This document shows positions 27,201 to 40,144 of a DNA stretch of 64,000 bases, one piece after another. The first letter of the stretch is position 1. Each line of letters starts with the position of its first letter. The notes under the pieces are model-generated. The model saw only the letters and a list, made by a program, of their open reading frames with translations. It did no database searches and was not told the origin of the DNA. Position numbers and translations under genes: made by a program. Where the stretch lies: positions 2,586,623 to 2,650,622 of the forward strand of contig NW_003314274.1 in NCBI RefSeq assembly GCF_000143415.4. The letters are read 5' to 3'. This stretch comes from Selaginella moellendorffii. Taxonomy: Eukaryota; Plantae; Lycopodiophyta.

Positions 27201-30200
27201 ACTTAGAGCAAAGAGGGAAAGACATTTGCTATTTTTGTAGCCAGTCAAGGGTAGGAGACACCTTATATAAAATGTAGTATTACAACACAAATACAATTGA
27301 ATCTGGCACCACTTCACTTAATTTGTCCTCAGACATGTGATGCTGATAGTAATTGGATTTGTACAGCACCGTGTCCCTGTAGAGAAACGCATGGTCATCA
27401 TTACCACTTCTAGAGCTGCTGCTCTGGATCACTGCCACCACGTTGAAGCTCACCTTGCCACTCAGAAATGACTCCAAAGTGATAGAGCAAACCAGGACCT
27501 CATGAATCTCTGCTGCTCCTGGGTGATGACGGACCCTGTAAGATCTTCATCCCTGTCCCTTGTGAGATCTTCGTCCCTGTCCCTCGCACTGCCCTTCTCA
27601 CCTGGCCGCTACGTACATGTGACTGATCCCAAACTGGTGGAGGATTCTCATGGCCTTGAGATCTTCTCACTGGTGATGCTGCTGCTGCTACTGCTGTAAT
27701 TCCGACTGCAAATCTCCTCTCTCTCTCCAGCCACTGCTGTCGTTGATCAGATAGCGATATGTAGTGGTGCTTAAATTTTGTATCCTGGATCCACACGAGA
27801 ATGACGTGATAGCAAAGAGCAAGACTTACCTGTAGCATTAAGTCGACTCTACCATTGGGACTTCTAGATAGCCTTTCTGTCACCATACTGCCGTAAAAAA
27901 CTGTAACAAAACAATACCCCAACCGAAGAACTTCCTCTAGCTTTGATAGCAAAACTTACAAAGCACTATGTTTACCTGTATCCCAAGATATTCACTGACT
28001 TTCTCCAAAAAGAATAGATATCAGAGGTTCCACTCTGTAATCAAGACGAAAGGATAAATGTAAACACTGCTAACACGGCAGTATATTGATACCTGTAAGC
28101 GACAGGATCATATGGGTGAAATATGTTCATCATTTGCCTGCATGCTGGCTTTTTTTCTTCAATGCCTTCATCTTCCCAGTACTCCTGACCTGTTCTTTTG
28201 CAAACACATTCAATTTACCATGGGCTGGTAGTGGGAATTGCAAGAGGTATTGGTATGTAACATCATCATCTAATCTGGGAATTAGTGCAGTTGTTGCCAT
28301 GGTTAAGGGACCTATTTGCCCTGAATTCAAGAGGCATGACAAACCTTCCTCTTGCTATAACAGTTCTTTGGCAATCAACATTAAGAAAGCTAAGGCAATG
28401 ATCAGGTAGGCAGTTTTTCTTTGAGGTTAATAGTAAATGGATTGATCCATGAAGTGTGCAATGGGTGGCGATGGTGATGGGATGACCAGGGTCTATCACC
28501 ACTTACCTCTATTCAATGTATCTCTTGCATTTTTCTTGATGCCCATACCCAAGAATCAGTAGCATGAGTTCAACATAAAATAGTTAAATTGACATTCTTT
28601 CAGCAGGCAAAGCCCTCAATGGTGATTAGAGCTTAATTTTCCATTTCTTATGTAGAGTGTTATGCATGTCCCATCATCATGAAGCTATTATCTACAAGTT
28701 TCTCAAGTTATATTTTCATCCAGCCCAACTTGGGCTCCAGATGTTTTCCTTTGGAGGCTGCATCTCCTCTGGGATTCATAGCAGTCTTGAAGCTCTCTGA
28801 TGATTCTGGGACTTCAAATGGAAGGCAAGCACTGCCTTTGCCACTGTCACTGTCTATTATACATGATGACCAGTTTCAGAGACTATGGCTAAGTTTCTGG
28901 ACATGAGATGTAGGAGAAGTTCCTAAGTGGTGATCATTGAAAATGTGGTCACTGGTACAGAAGTGACTGAAAAGCTGAAAAGAAGTAAACTCTGACCAAC
29001 AGGCTATATGTAATGATTCTTGTGCACATAACGCATTTCAGCTTCTAAAGATGGTGATTTTCTTTAATGCACGTAAGAATGTTGCTTACAAATGATGAAC
29101 TTGTAGCTTCTTGAATTCTTCTTTTATAATTTAAGTGTATTATTTGAGTGTGAGGTTGAGGAAGGCCGACAAAGTTTCTGGTTGGTGTCTCAGCATTTAT
29201 TTTAATAGCTTCATTCATTCCATGTAATTTTTTTTTTTGCGTTTTTGTGTATGCCCAAACACAAATGGTTCAGGTGATAAGTTTCCATGACATGGAATAA
29301 ATTTTAAGTTTGTCTTGTAGAAATCTCACATCACTTTATGTTCCATGTGACAGTTTTGATTGCTGTTGGCATGGAGGCTCAATGCTTTGCTTAGCCGGAT
29401 ACAGCTCCACACGTGATGAAGTACGCTCCAAAGCTGTCCTCGGATTTTCAGGACCAGGTCTGGACCTCGCTTTGTGATCTGGTACGTTTGTTTGCAAGCA
29501 AAAATCAGGTTTGTATACAAACAATAATTTATCGAATGTTACCTCTTTCCATTGAATCCACAACTATTTTCTTCGGCATTATTTGTGAGTCTCAGTACCT
29601 CCAATCACATCATTGTTGACAATGTGGAAGCATCTAAAAGCAAAATAAAAAACGTTTATCCAGTTTAGGAAAGACAAAATCATAAGAAAAGAAGAGGAGG
29701 CTAACCTTGTCTGCAGTGTAATCACCATTGTGTCACAGAAGTACAATTAAAGTGTAATCGTCCATTGTGTCCCAACTGTAGGAGTACAATTGACGACTCA
29801 AGCATGAGAAAAACCAGTTGATTACAGCCTTAATGCATCAAAGTAAACAATCTGGAAGAATTATCAAATTAGGAATACATGCACACAAAGACTCATCTCT
29901 CACATTCACATCAATTGGGAGTGCCATCGCTCTCAATTCCATCCAAATAGCAATCTTCACATACTTCCTCCTTTGTTGAATCAGCAGTCTTGAAAGCTCC
30001 AGGACTACAAGTTCTCTGGAAAAGAATACTAAGATCGCCAAGAAGAACACATTATGTTACCAAGAGTCAGAAGAAGAAACCACGAGGGACTACATGAAAA
30101 TACCAGTCCACAACTCCAGTCTGCAATTCGTAGAACTGCTCAAGTTTTCTTCCTTGGACATTGTGCCTTAAAATGTCGTGCTCTTGGCTATGGCAAGCAC

Positions 30201-30906
30201 TGATCCCATTTGAGGTGTTTGACAAGATGCCCTGAGCATGGTACTGCAGCGGATGCTGATGGATTGGATGGATCTGCGCCAGGGCAATGGTTAGAGTAAG
30301 GGCGTAGCCACCAAGATCCTTTGGGGCTCAAGAGCAAATCCCTGCAAATTGTGGTGACTACTGGCAGCCATCTGCTGGACAAGCTGCAATGCTGCTGGGA
30401 GAAAATATGATCAACTCAAGAACACGAAAAGAGGGATTTGTTTTATCAATGGTGCAATACTTTCTGGGAAGAGATCTCAACAATCAACAGAGCTTGTGCA
30501 CAACATATCACAAAACCAAACCGGGATGCTGAGTGAAAAATGCGTACCTTATGGCCGAAAACATGCCAAGCTTTCGCTGCTGGGCTCGATACATAAGGAA
30601 AGATAAAATAGCAGCCCAGAAAAAGAGAATTGCTTATACCAGGATAAAAAATAAACAAGGTCGGGCCCTGAATCAATCCAGGGCACATGATTCCAAAGGA
30701 GAGAGAGAGAGAGAGAGCCTTCTTGCTACCAACGCTCGTCGCTTTCCTCCCTGCCCTAAAAGCTATTTGAAATTTTTTATGATCCCAAAAGTCACGACTC
30801 TCCATTGTTTAATCTCAGACGTTAGATTTTGGCATATGCCCAGAATAAGTGTTGCCAGTATATGCTATTATTATACCGGCTCTTTCATTTAAATATATGA
30901 GTATGA
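24269..30906 (-). mobile_element. Putative complete non-autonomous Helitron (~6.6 kb) with gene-fragment cargo
   Basis: 5' TC at 30906-30905 and 3' hairpin-CTAG at 24294-24269. Shares 26964-27518 with the H1 copy. No Rep/helicase was seen. Confidence 0.6.
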
Positions 30907-31195
30907 TATGATGATGATGACAATCAAAACTTACAGAGACTCACAGCCAAGTATCCAGTGGGAAGAAAACTGCAGACCTCATAGTCATATTCCTTAGTGA
31001 GTCCATCCATGTGTATACCTCTAGAGGAAGAATTTAGACGAGCAACATGATGTTTAAAATGGAATTACCTTCAAAATTGTTCCATGGTTCTTTGATTGGA
31101 AAGTATGATCTGAAATCAACTACTGAGGTGCTCTGCAATGAAGACCTCATCAAACACACACACACACACACACACACAGAGGCGCAGAGAGACAA

Positions 31196-34100
31196 TGTCG
31201 TGAATGTGACTTCGGGTATCGAAAGATACTTGTCGACCGGTCCTTACGGGACACTCTTTCCTTACTGCCATGACGCAGGGAGGTCGGTACTGCTGGTTCC
31301 CTTTATTGGCCCCTCTTGTCCAAGTGTTAGTAAACTGGACTTAGCATCTGTATTTGGCCGGAAGAGCATAAGGACGGAATTCCTAAGTGTCTATTTGGCC
31401 AAGCATACTTGGCCCGGCTTCTTAGTTCTCTTGTGCTCTGTCTTGCACTGGCTTGGCAAGAACCCTCGCGTATTGAGACTAGTCCCTCAATATCGTTGGA
31501 TGATAGCTTACCGTGTTTGCCAAACACCCTCGCTATCATACCCTTAGTGTTGGTCTCATTTCGGTCCCATATGCTATTTATAGAAAGTGTCTAGATTTGC
31601 TCATTTGGCATATCTACAGAATGTAGAGAGTGGCCTAAACACAATGGTGTTCGTCCCGTGTCCAAATTTGCAATCTAAGGCCATTCCATATTTATGTTCG
31701 ATGCTTAAGCATGTTGTTCGATCATGAGAATTTGTGTTGAGGTGAGCCTATGTGAAGTTGTTGGTAGGAGGAAGTTGGTTGAGTCTTGAAAGTTTGCAAT
31801 CCTGGACTGAGAGTCATTCTTTCTCTAGGATGGGAAATTTTCCACAAATTTTCTTAGACTTTTCCAATGGCTGATCTATTGATCATTTTGTCCGAAAACC
31901 ATTCCGTTTTTCGAAGGCCAGTACAAACTAGTGAAGAGGTTGGAGTTGACTTTGGTTGGCTTGAACCTTAGTAAATAGTTTGTATGATGCGGCCTGAAAG
32001 GGATGCTAACTTTTGGGGCTAAGGCAATTGAGTTGGATAGAGTCTGGAGTTGGTGTAGAAAAGTGGCCGTCGCGCTTTTCTAAGAAAGGTGACTCTTATG
32101 CCTTTCTTTTGTAGCATTATGCTCGGTGGCAGGTTGCACCTTGCATTTCGCTAAGACTCTATGAGAGTAGTGAGCTCTCACTGATCTTGACTTGGTCTTG
32201 GTGGCCCTGCGCCTTGGCTAAGGATGGTGATGTCCAACTTAGTTGTTTGAGGTTGAGATGTTGGTACCCGTACTATAGCTTTGTCTATGAAGAGGTTGTG
32301 TACCAATATGAGTCCATCTCATGGTCTTCACTTTAGTTTCGACTGAGTGTTGATCATGCATAGCTAGCCTCTTCAAGGCATGCTCAGAGCTATTGACTAA
32401 ATGCATTAGTGAGCTTATTGCAGTTGAGTTGGATTCGAGTGGTCATTTAGTTTGTGCTTGTCTATGAACTTTTATCTCGTACCTGAGGTATTACGTTTAT
32501 ATTGGATGAGTATATGATTCGATGATATGAGTTTAGTGTTGAGTCTTGTGAACGCAAGTTGAGGAGTGATTGTTAGTTCTCTTTTGCGACTAGTGATTAC
32601 TTGTAGACTTTATCAAGGACCGTTGACACTTGCTTCGCTCGATGATGATTTAGCAGTGGTGGGCTTGCTTTACCGGATGGTGTTGCGGAGGATCGTGTCA
32701 TTAGGCTGGCATGGTTTTTCCATGTTGGCATGTCAATTCCTTTGTCGATATCATTTGGTTACGTTTGGTCTATAATGTTGGATTTCATTGAGTCTTGGAC
32801 GTGGTGATTCACTCCTTGAGGAAGTGTTATCCGTGACTGAGTATTGTTGAGAAATTGGTCTTGGATACTGAGTAAAGTATCTCCAACTTTGATTAGCTTG
32901 GTTGCTAGAGAGTTTTGAGTGGTGATTCACTCTTGCTTTCTGCTAGCTTTGTTCTGTTGTTGATGGCATTGAAGTGATGCCTTGTCATTGACATTATTGA
33001 GGTTGAGATTCAAAGTGAAATGAGATGTCTCTCCTTAGGATTGATATTGAGTTTCATTAGGCTTGATGAAGATAGTGTTGATGATTTGGTTGTAACTCTA
33101 TGTTATTGGCATTCATGCATTTGCTAGTTAGCAATTGTATTGACATTCAAATGAACTGAGTGGCAAGTATGAGTTAGTTGTGTTCTAGATAAGATTGTTT
33201 AGCAGGGGTTGAGCTTTAGTTTTTCCTTGAAAAGTGATTCAGTCGTGAACTATGCTAACTCTACAAGCGGAAGAGTTAGTGATCGACATTGGGAAGTTTG
33301 AATCCTTATTGGGTTTGAATTGGACTATATTGATCATTGATGATTCCCTTGTGCTTGTTCCGAAGTGAGTTATGTCTTGCTATAGATGGATTCACGGAGG
33401 ATCGTTTAGTGATCACTTGTTGAGCATAGCTCCATTGTGCTTAACTTTTGGATTGATGCAGAAATGCTCTTTATTAGCTTTGGCATTATGAAGTTTGGCT
33501 TATGGATGTGTTGAAGAAGACATTGTGGATTGCACCATAATTTCTTCTTTAGCATTGAAGTTAGCTTCTATGAGACTCGTGATCATTATTAAGCAAGACT
33601 TGGCTATAGGCTTCTTCGAGCTTTGGTTCTTTGAGTTTTATGCTCATTGTTCCATTTGTTAGAAGTTGTTGGGGAAGGCATTTTTGGCTCTTTAGCTTCG
33701 ATGTTGAAGTTAGTATTTGCATCTAGCAATCATTGGTGATGATTGACTATCATCTAGGATAATTGATTATCCTTGTCGAAGGTTTTGCTTGATTATCGTT
33801 GATGTAGAATGATTTGCTATTCTTCGGAATGGTGGATTCCTTCTTAAACGGTGATTTTGCATCTCTTTATTGATAAAATGATTGATGATCTTTCATGATG
33901 GTTAGTTGTTCTCTTTGATAGCTTATGGCTTTTTGCAATACCACATGTTCTTTGTGGTTTGCTTTGGTTTGGTCTCTGGGGCTTGAGACATCAGTAGGAT
34001 GTTGTTAACACTTGCTTAGGCAACTTGAGTTCCTTGGTGTTGTTGGCTAGGATCTATTCAGATTGGCTTTTGTGATAGTTGGCAGACATGAGAGTTTGTT

Positions 34101-35582
34101 GGTCTTACCACATTCATTCTCTTCTGTTGATTGTTGCTCGAGTTAGTTTTGATAGATTTGGATGTTATTTCCCTTGGGTGATACATTCGCGAGCATTGTG
34201 CTTGTTAGTCAATGATACTTTGTGTTCTTTGAGTTCTCTCAAGTAAGTTGTTGGCTTACTGTCTACTATCTTCGGTAGTTAAGTTTCATCATTGAGTTTC
34301 CTTGATAATATACTAGCTATTGAATGTTGTTGGATAGTGATTCCTATGTTTACCAATTATAGTGATCTTGGTGGTTCCTATACTGTAATACTAGTTTATC
34401 GGATGATAACTTATTTGGAATACTTTTGTGTTCTAATCTAAGCTATATTCACTGGTAATTAAGCTTCTCAGATATCATTGTCTCTGACTTTGATATTGTC
34501 CATTTATTGCTCTTTGAGTTTGGGCCAGTATAGGCAGATTGGCTTCGGCACTTCATGTGCATGGTGAAATCTCTAGTCATGGGGTAGCTACTGTCGACTG
34601 GTCACATAACCCGCCTCTCTATCGATGTTCCTTATTTCGGTGAAAGGGCGTGACCGTGTAAACAACTCTAAACTGCCTGTTGATAGTAGTCTATCTAAAC
34701 CTTACCGACGGGTTTGGTTTCTTTGCTCAGGAGGGTTGGGGCCTCTGGCTTCTCTCTCTATGTCTCTACGGGCAGGGGCATATCACACTTTTGTACGCTG
34801 GGTGACTCCCAGAGCAGCAAGGGTGGCTGACTCCGTTGGTCATTTCCTTGTCGGCGACGGCCGGAAGGTGTCTGAGCTGGTAGCGCATCCGCGTTAGACA
34901 AAGAGGTTGCCTCCTAACTCATTTAAGTTGGTGCATTTCTCACATAGTGTGAGTACCGTGAACTTTTTTCTGGAGTTGTTTCCTTGGCAGTATTCTAGAC
35001 TCGAGTATGCATCGACGAGGATGTCGATCTTCCCAAGGGGGGGAGAGTGTCGCGAATGTGACTTTAGGTATCAAAAGTTACCTGTCGACCAGTCCTTACG
35101 GACACTCTTACCTTATTGCCACGATGGCAGGAGGTCGGTATTGCTGGACCTTTTATCAGCCCCTCTTGTTCAAGTGTTAGTAAACTGGGCTTTGCATCTG
35201 TACTTGGCCGGATGAGCATAAGGACGGAATTCCTAAGTGTCTATTCAGCCAAGCATACTTGGCCTGGCTTTTTAGTTCTCTTTTGCTCTGTCTTGCACTG
35301 GCTTGACAAGAACCCTCGCGTATTGAGATTGGTCCCTCAATATCGCTACATGATAGCTTACCGTGTCTGCCAAACACCCTCGCTATCATGCCCTTTGTGT
35401 TAGTCTCATTTCGGTCCCAAATGCTATTTATGGAAAGTGTCCAGATTTGCTCATTTGGCACATCTACGGAATGTAGAGATCGTCCTGAACACAATGGTGT
35501 TCGTCCCATGTCCAAATTCGCAATCTAAGGACATTCCATATTTAGTAAGTTTCGAGCTTGTCCCAGAGACTAACTCCTAATA
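31196..35582 (+). mobile_element. Non-autonomous LARD-like gypsy derivative (LTR family X), left arm
   Basis: LTR copies at 31196-31694 and 35048-~35582, the second preceded by PPT AAGGGGGGGAGAG. The T-rich, stop-riddled interior has a faint integrase remnant (DIIVSDFD near 34470). Confidence 0.75.
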
Positions 35583-36421
35583 CTAAGGGAGGCTTGGGGT
35601 GAAAGCCCAAAGCGTGTGTTCCTCAAGGGGGGGGGGGCTGTGGGGGGTTCCAAATGTATAGTAGGGATAGTGGGTAGGTCGGGCATGGCCGACCAACCTG
35701 AGGCATAGTCTAGCTCCCGCTTGCGTGCCTGTCCTTGTTTTGCGTCCGGCTTGGGTCTAAGCCCAAGTTCCATTCCATGCTAGCTGGTGGAGTACCCATA
35801 CTCTCACGTTAGGCCATTGGTATGCCGAAATAGCGCCAGACTCCGTTTGGCTCCGTTTTGCGTGCTGGTCCTGGCATTGGGATGCTGGTTGCTCTAGGAC
35901 TGTTCCAAGTCGCTCCGGGCCCCTGTCCCTTCGCTCCTTGGGCTATATGCTTGGGAGTTGCTCCGTGGTCCAGTTCCATCATTCCTTGGCATCACGCTTG
36001 GGAGTTTGGCACCGTTCCTTCGTTCAGTGGCCCAAGGCCCTGAACCTCGGGTTCCTGTGGACACGTGGCATGGACACGTGGCATGTGACACGTGGCATCT
36101 GTCACGTGGCACAAAGAGGGTTTAGGTTCCGCTTCATGGTGTTATCCTATGGTAAATCACCATAGGATAAAGGGTCAAAACCACGTGCGCTACAGTTGGT
36201 ATCAGAGCAAATGGCACGGGTTCGATTCCCATTGATTAGTGGCTACTTAAAAGTATAATATACCCTTGAGCAAGGTATATTCCTACCCCTAAATTTGAAA
36301 TCGTACGTATTGGGCATCCATGCGTATGTCCTTCCTCTTGTGTGGAGTATCCACGGACGAAGGTATCCACCGTGGGACTGCGGTACGGGTGGATGACTAG
36401 TTGCCTCACATGGAATAGCTA
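35583..36421 (+). mobile_element. LTR-B + tRNA-iMet PBS + TRIM-type internal domain (chimera, left arm)
   Basis: ...GCGCTACA ends at 36194 and PBS TGGTATCAGAGC is at 36197-36208. The downstream sequence is nearly identical to TRIM interior 39644-39858. Confidence 0.85.
36062..36111 (+). promoter_or_regulatory. Four tandem G-box/ABRE motifs (CACGTGGCA) in LTR-B
   Basis: cacgtggca-tgga-cacgtggca-tgtga-cacgtggca-tctgt-cacgtggca. The same array occurs at ~5815-5864 and ~44138-44187. Confidence 0.6.
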
Positions 36422-36807
36422 TGTAAGGAACCGACTCCCCGAGATGTCGTAGGCTAAAGGATCCCTAAAAGCTTGACCAAAATGACAAAGAGTTCATCGG
36501 ATGGGACCAAGTCGAGGATCGAGTCCAAGACCGACTCTAGGACCGAGTTCGAGATAGAGTCCGGAATCGAGTCTGAGACCGACTCGGGGACCAAGTTCGA
36601 GTCCGAGTTCGAGACCGAGTTCGAGACGGAGTCCGAGATCCGAAATCGGGTCCGAGACCGAGTCCGAGGTCGAGTCCGAGGTCGGGTCCAAGATCGGGTC
36701 CGAGATCGAGTCTGAGATCGAGTCCGAGACCGAATCCGAAGTCGGATCCGAAATCGGGTTCGAGATTGAGCCAGAGACTAAGTCCAAATACTAATACGGG
36801 TCAAGGG

Positions 36808-36880
36808 CACGTGTTATCCTATGGTAGATCACCATAGGATAAAGGGTCAAAACCACGTGCGCTACATTTGGTATCGGAGC
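36808..36880 (+). mobile_element. LTR-B 3' tip and PBS (TGGTATCGGAGC) of the coding gypsy element
   Basis: ...ccacgtgcgctaca (ends 36866), tt, PBS 36869-36880, then gag. Confidence 0.85.
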
Positions 36881-37006
36881 GATTGTCTTAGTGATTCCTA
36901 TCCAACTTTTGTCGGATTTTCTGACTCAAGTTGCATACGCAGAGACTTTTCTAGTAGATCCGAAGCGACCTGTGTAGGATTAGTTGGATAGCACCATTCG
37001 GTAAGA

Positions 37007-38089
37007 ATGTTGTATGCACGTTCAGTTACTGATAGAGGCATGCATGCAGCTAGCAGGATGGTGAAGAGGAACCGTGCTGATGACGCTGAAACCTCTAGAC
37101 GGGCGAATCGAGAGGAGGAAACTCCTGCTAGAGATGCTGCGGAAGAGGCTGAGGCCAAGTTGGAAGAGGATGAGCCAAATGCTGCAGCACTGCAGCGCAC
37201 GGCTCATGAAGTCGAGATCGAGAATTTGCGAAAGGAGATTTGCAAATTGAAGAAGGAGAACAAGAAGAGGAAGAAAGAAGTTGAGGCAGCTAAACCAGCT
37301 ACGCCTAAGCAACCGGACTCCTCTTCAAGTTCTGAGGATGATGAAGTTCTGCAGCCGCCCCTGGTTGCACGAGTTTCAAAGTTCAAGCCTCCGAAACCAC
37401 CCAATTTCAGAGGCATGCGGGACTATCAGGTTTTGGAAGACTGGGTCTACGATATGGAGAACTACTTCATAGCGGCAGACGTAGATGATCGTACAAAAGT
37501 TGCGTGTGCGCAATCCTTTCTCACCGATCATGCCAAAACTTGGTGGCGCCAGGTGTGTGCTGAAAAAGGGCAGACTAGAAGTTGGACCAAGATGCGGTCT
37601 CGTATCCGTAAGGAATACTTGCCGGATGATCTTGGTCTGAGACTTCACGCAGAGCTGCGGCGGTTAAAGCAGCGAGGGGACCTTATGCATTACGTTAATG
37701 CGTTTGCTCAGAAGCGCATTATGATTGCAAATATGAGTGATGAAGATGCTCGGAGTTATTTTCTAGAGGGTTTAAGTTCATTTTCTCGCAATGAGATTTT
37801 GAAGTTTAAGCCGAAGACTTACCTGGAGTGTAAGGAGGCAGCACAGCAAGTTGCCTTTAGTCACTCGCTCATGGAACAATATCAGCAACCTTATGCTGGT
37901 AACTCGGATAAGAATAGGAATTCTGGGAATAAGCAAGGTGATCGGAAACAAAGGGTGGAAGGTAGGTACTGCCCTGGTCTCACAAGCTACGGTGAATGAA
38001 GGTGGTGGTGGTTGGAGACCACCAGCAGCTTCTTCTGGTCCTAGGCCCTCTGTTCCTCCTCCTGGTGGGTACAAGCAGCAGCAACCTGC
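37007..38089 (+). CDS. gag: Ty3/gypsy Gag (Galadriel-like chromovirus type), frameshifted near 37950 and interrupted by solo LTR D
   Basis: KPPKPPNFRG..LEDWVYDMENYF..FLTDHAKTWWR..LRRLKQRGD..YVNAF..FLEGL retrotransposon Gag motifs. Confidence 0.9.
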
Positions 38090-38319
38090 TGTGAGACAGA
38101 AATCCCTAGGCCCCAAAGTGGAGCCGGAAGGGCGCCACATGGTAGTGGCCGAAGCGAGAGCCAAACGAGCGTAACACGTTTGGACCAAAAGCTCCGACTT
38201 GAAAAGTCAAGAGCGGGAGTGGAACTCCCAACGAAGTGCTCAAGGAACGAGCACGAAGCAAGCAAAAGGCGAGGCTCCAAAAAGGGACCCAAAAGGACCA
38301 ACACATGACACGTGGGAGT

Positions 38320-39200
38320 GTCCGAAATGGACTCGAGTTGGAGTCCGAAGTGGAGTCCGAGATGGACCCGAGTTGGAGTCCGAAGTGGAGTCCGAGGTGG
38401 ACCCGAGATGGACCCGAGTTGGAGTCCGAAGTGGAGTCCGAGATGGAGTCCGAGATGGAGTCCGAGATGGAGTCCGAGGTGGACCCGAGATGGACCCGAG
38501 TTGGAGTCCGAAGTGGAGTCCGAGATGGACCCGAGATGGAGTCCGAGATGGAGTCCGAGATGGAGTCCGAGGTGGACCCGAGGTGGACCCGAAATGGAGT
38601 CCGAGATGGAGTCCGAGATGGACCCGAGATGGAGTCCGAGATGGAGTCCGAGATGGACCCGAGATGGACCCGAGATGGAGTCCGAGATGGAGTCTGAGAT
38701 GGAGTCCGAGGTGGACCCGAGGTGGACCCGAAATGGAGTCCGAGATGGAGGAGTCCGAGATGGACCCGAGATGGAGTCCGAGATGGAGTCCGAGATGGAC
38801 CCGAGATGGACCCGAGATGGAGTCCGAGATGGAGTCCGAGATGGACCCGAGATGGACCCGAGATGGAGTCCGAGATGGAGTCTGAGATGGAGTCCGAGGT
38901 GGACCCGAGGTGGACCCGAAATGGAGTCCGAGATGGAGTCCGAGATGGACCCGAGATGGAGTCCGAGATGGAGTCCGAGATGGACCCGAGATGGACCCGA
39001 GATGGAGTCCGAGATGGAGTCCGAGATGGAGTCCGAAGTCGAGACCGAGACCGGGACCGAGACCGGGACCGAGACCGAGACCGAGACCGAGATCGGGACC
39101 GAGACCGAGACCGAGGCCAAGGCCGAGACCGAGCCCTAGCCCGAGTCCGAGTCCGAATCCGAGTCCGAGTCCGAGTCCGAGTCCGAGTCCGAGTCCGGAG
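38320..39200. repeat. CpG-rich minisatellite within LTR D (12-bp GATGGAGTCCGA / 11-bp GATGGACCCGA units, then 6-bp GAGACC/GAGTCC)
   Basis: Directly visible. A related hexamer array lies in LTR C (36500-36780, 43470-43740). Confidence 0.95.
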
Positions 39201-39467
39201 CCTGAGAGGGTGAAAGCCCAAAGCGTTCGTCTCCCAGACCCTGGGGGGTTTGGTGAGCCCCAAAAGTATAGTAGGGGGAGGACTGCAGTGGAGCCAGTTT
39301 GGCCAGGAAAGGCCAGTTTGGCCCAGGAAGGCCAGACCCAGTGTTGGGTGATGAATTGACCACTGGGAAGTCCAAGATTAGAGTGAATACGGACCGACAA
39401 GCGGGGTAGCTTGGTGAAGTGTTCAAGAGCCGGCTCTAGTTCCCCCGGGAGATCGACTGGCCGATGC

Positions 39468-40144
39468 TGTAGCGCATGTGATCATGGGATGAGATTTGGA
39501 TATACTGTCACCGTGGATCCTTGGAACCTTGGGAGATAAATGGGGATAAAATAGCCACTAAGGGCTCTCTCATCAAGCAATTGCCCCTTTTCCAATTGGC
39601 TTAAGGGGAGAGAGATAAGGTGCGCTACAGTTGGTATCGGAGCAAATGGCACGGGTTCGATTCCCATTGATTAGTGGCTACTTAAAAAGTATAATATACC
39701 CTTGAGCAAGGTATATTCCTACCCCTAAAAATTTGAAATCGTACGTATTGGGCATCCATGTGTACGTCCTTCCTCTTGTGTGGAGTATCCACGGACGAAG
39801 GTATCCACCGTGGGACTGCGGTACGGGTGGATGACTAGTTGCCTCACATGGAATAGCTGGTCTACACAATGGAAGGATTGGTAGATTGAGTGCGGAAATG
39901 GAGGTGCTGGTTCCCCTTGGCTTAGTAGAGGTTGTTAGTCAATAGTCAATGAGGACATTGACATCTCTGAAGGGGGGGTGAGTGTAGCGCATGTGATCAT
40001 GGGATGAGATTTGGATATACTGTCACCGTGGATCCTTAGAACCTTGGGAGATAAATGGGGATAAAATAGCCACTAAGGGCTCTCTCATCAAGCAATTGCC
40101 CCTTTTCCAATTGGCTTAAGGGGAGAGAGATAAGGTGCGCTACA
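39468..40144 (+). mobile_element. Complete TRIM, 677 bp, 162-bp LTRs, TSD GATGC
   Basis: LTRs 39468-39629 and 39983-40144 are nearly identical (TGTAGCGCA...TGCGCTACA). PBS at 39632-39643, PPT GAAGGGGGGGTGAG, GATGC on both flanks. The empty site is visible near 5981. Confidence 0.95.

Noticed and set aside
31047-31594. ORFs recurring at 31047, 35116, 44849 and 50028
   Set aside because: They are chance frames in LTR-X copies and the microsatellite.
36197-36235. tRNA gene
   Set aside because: Only a PBS and a T-arm-like motif are present, with no cloverleaf.
38041-39400. Long ORFs of 228-386 aa on both strands (SR/PS/DS/LG repeats)
   Set aside because: These are translations of a stop-poor minisatellite inside solo LTR D. 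Open frames everywhere indicate an artefact.
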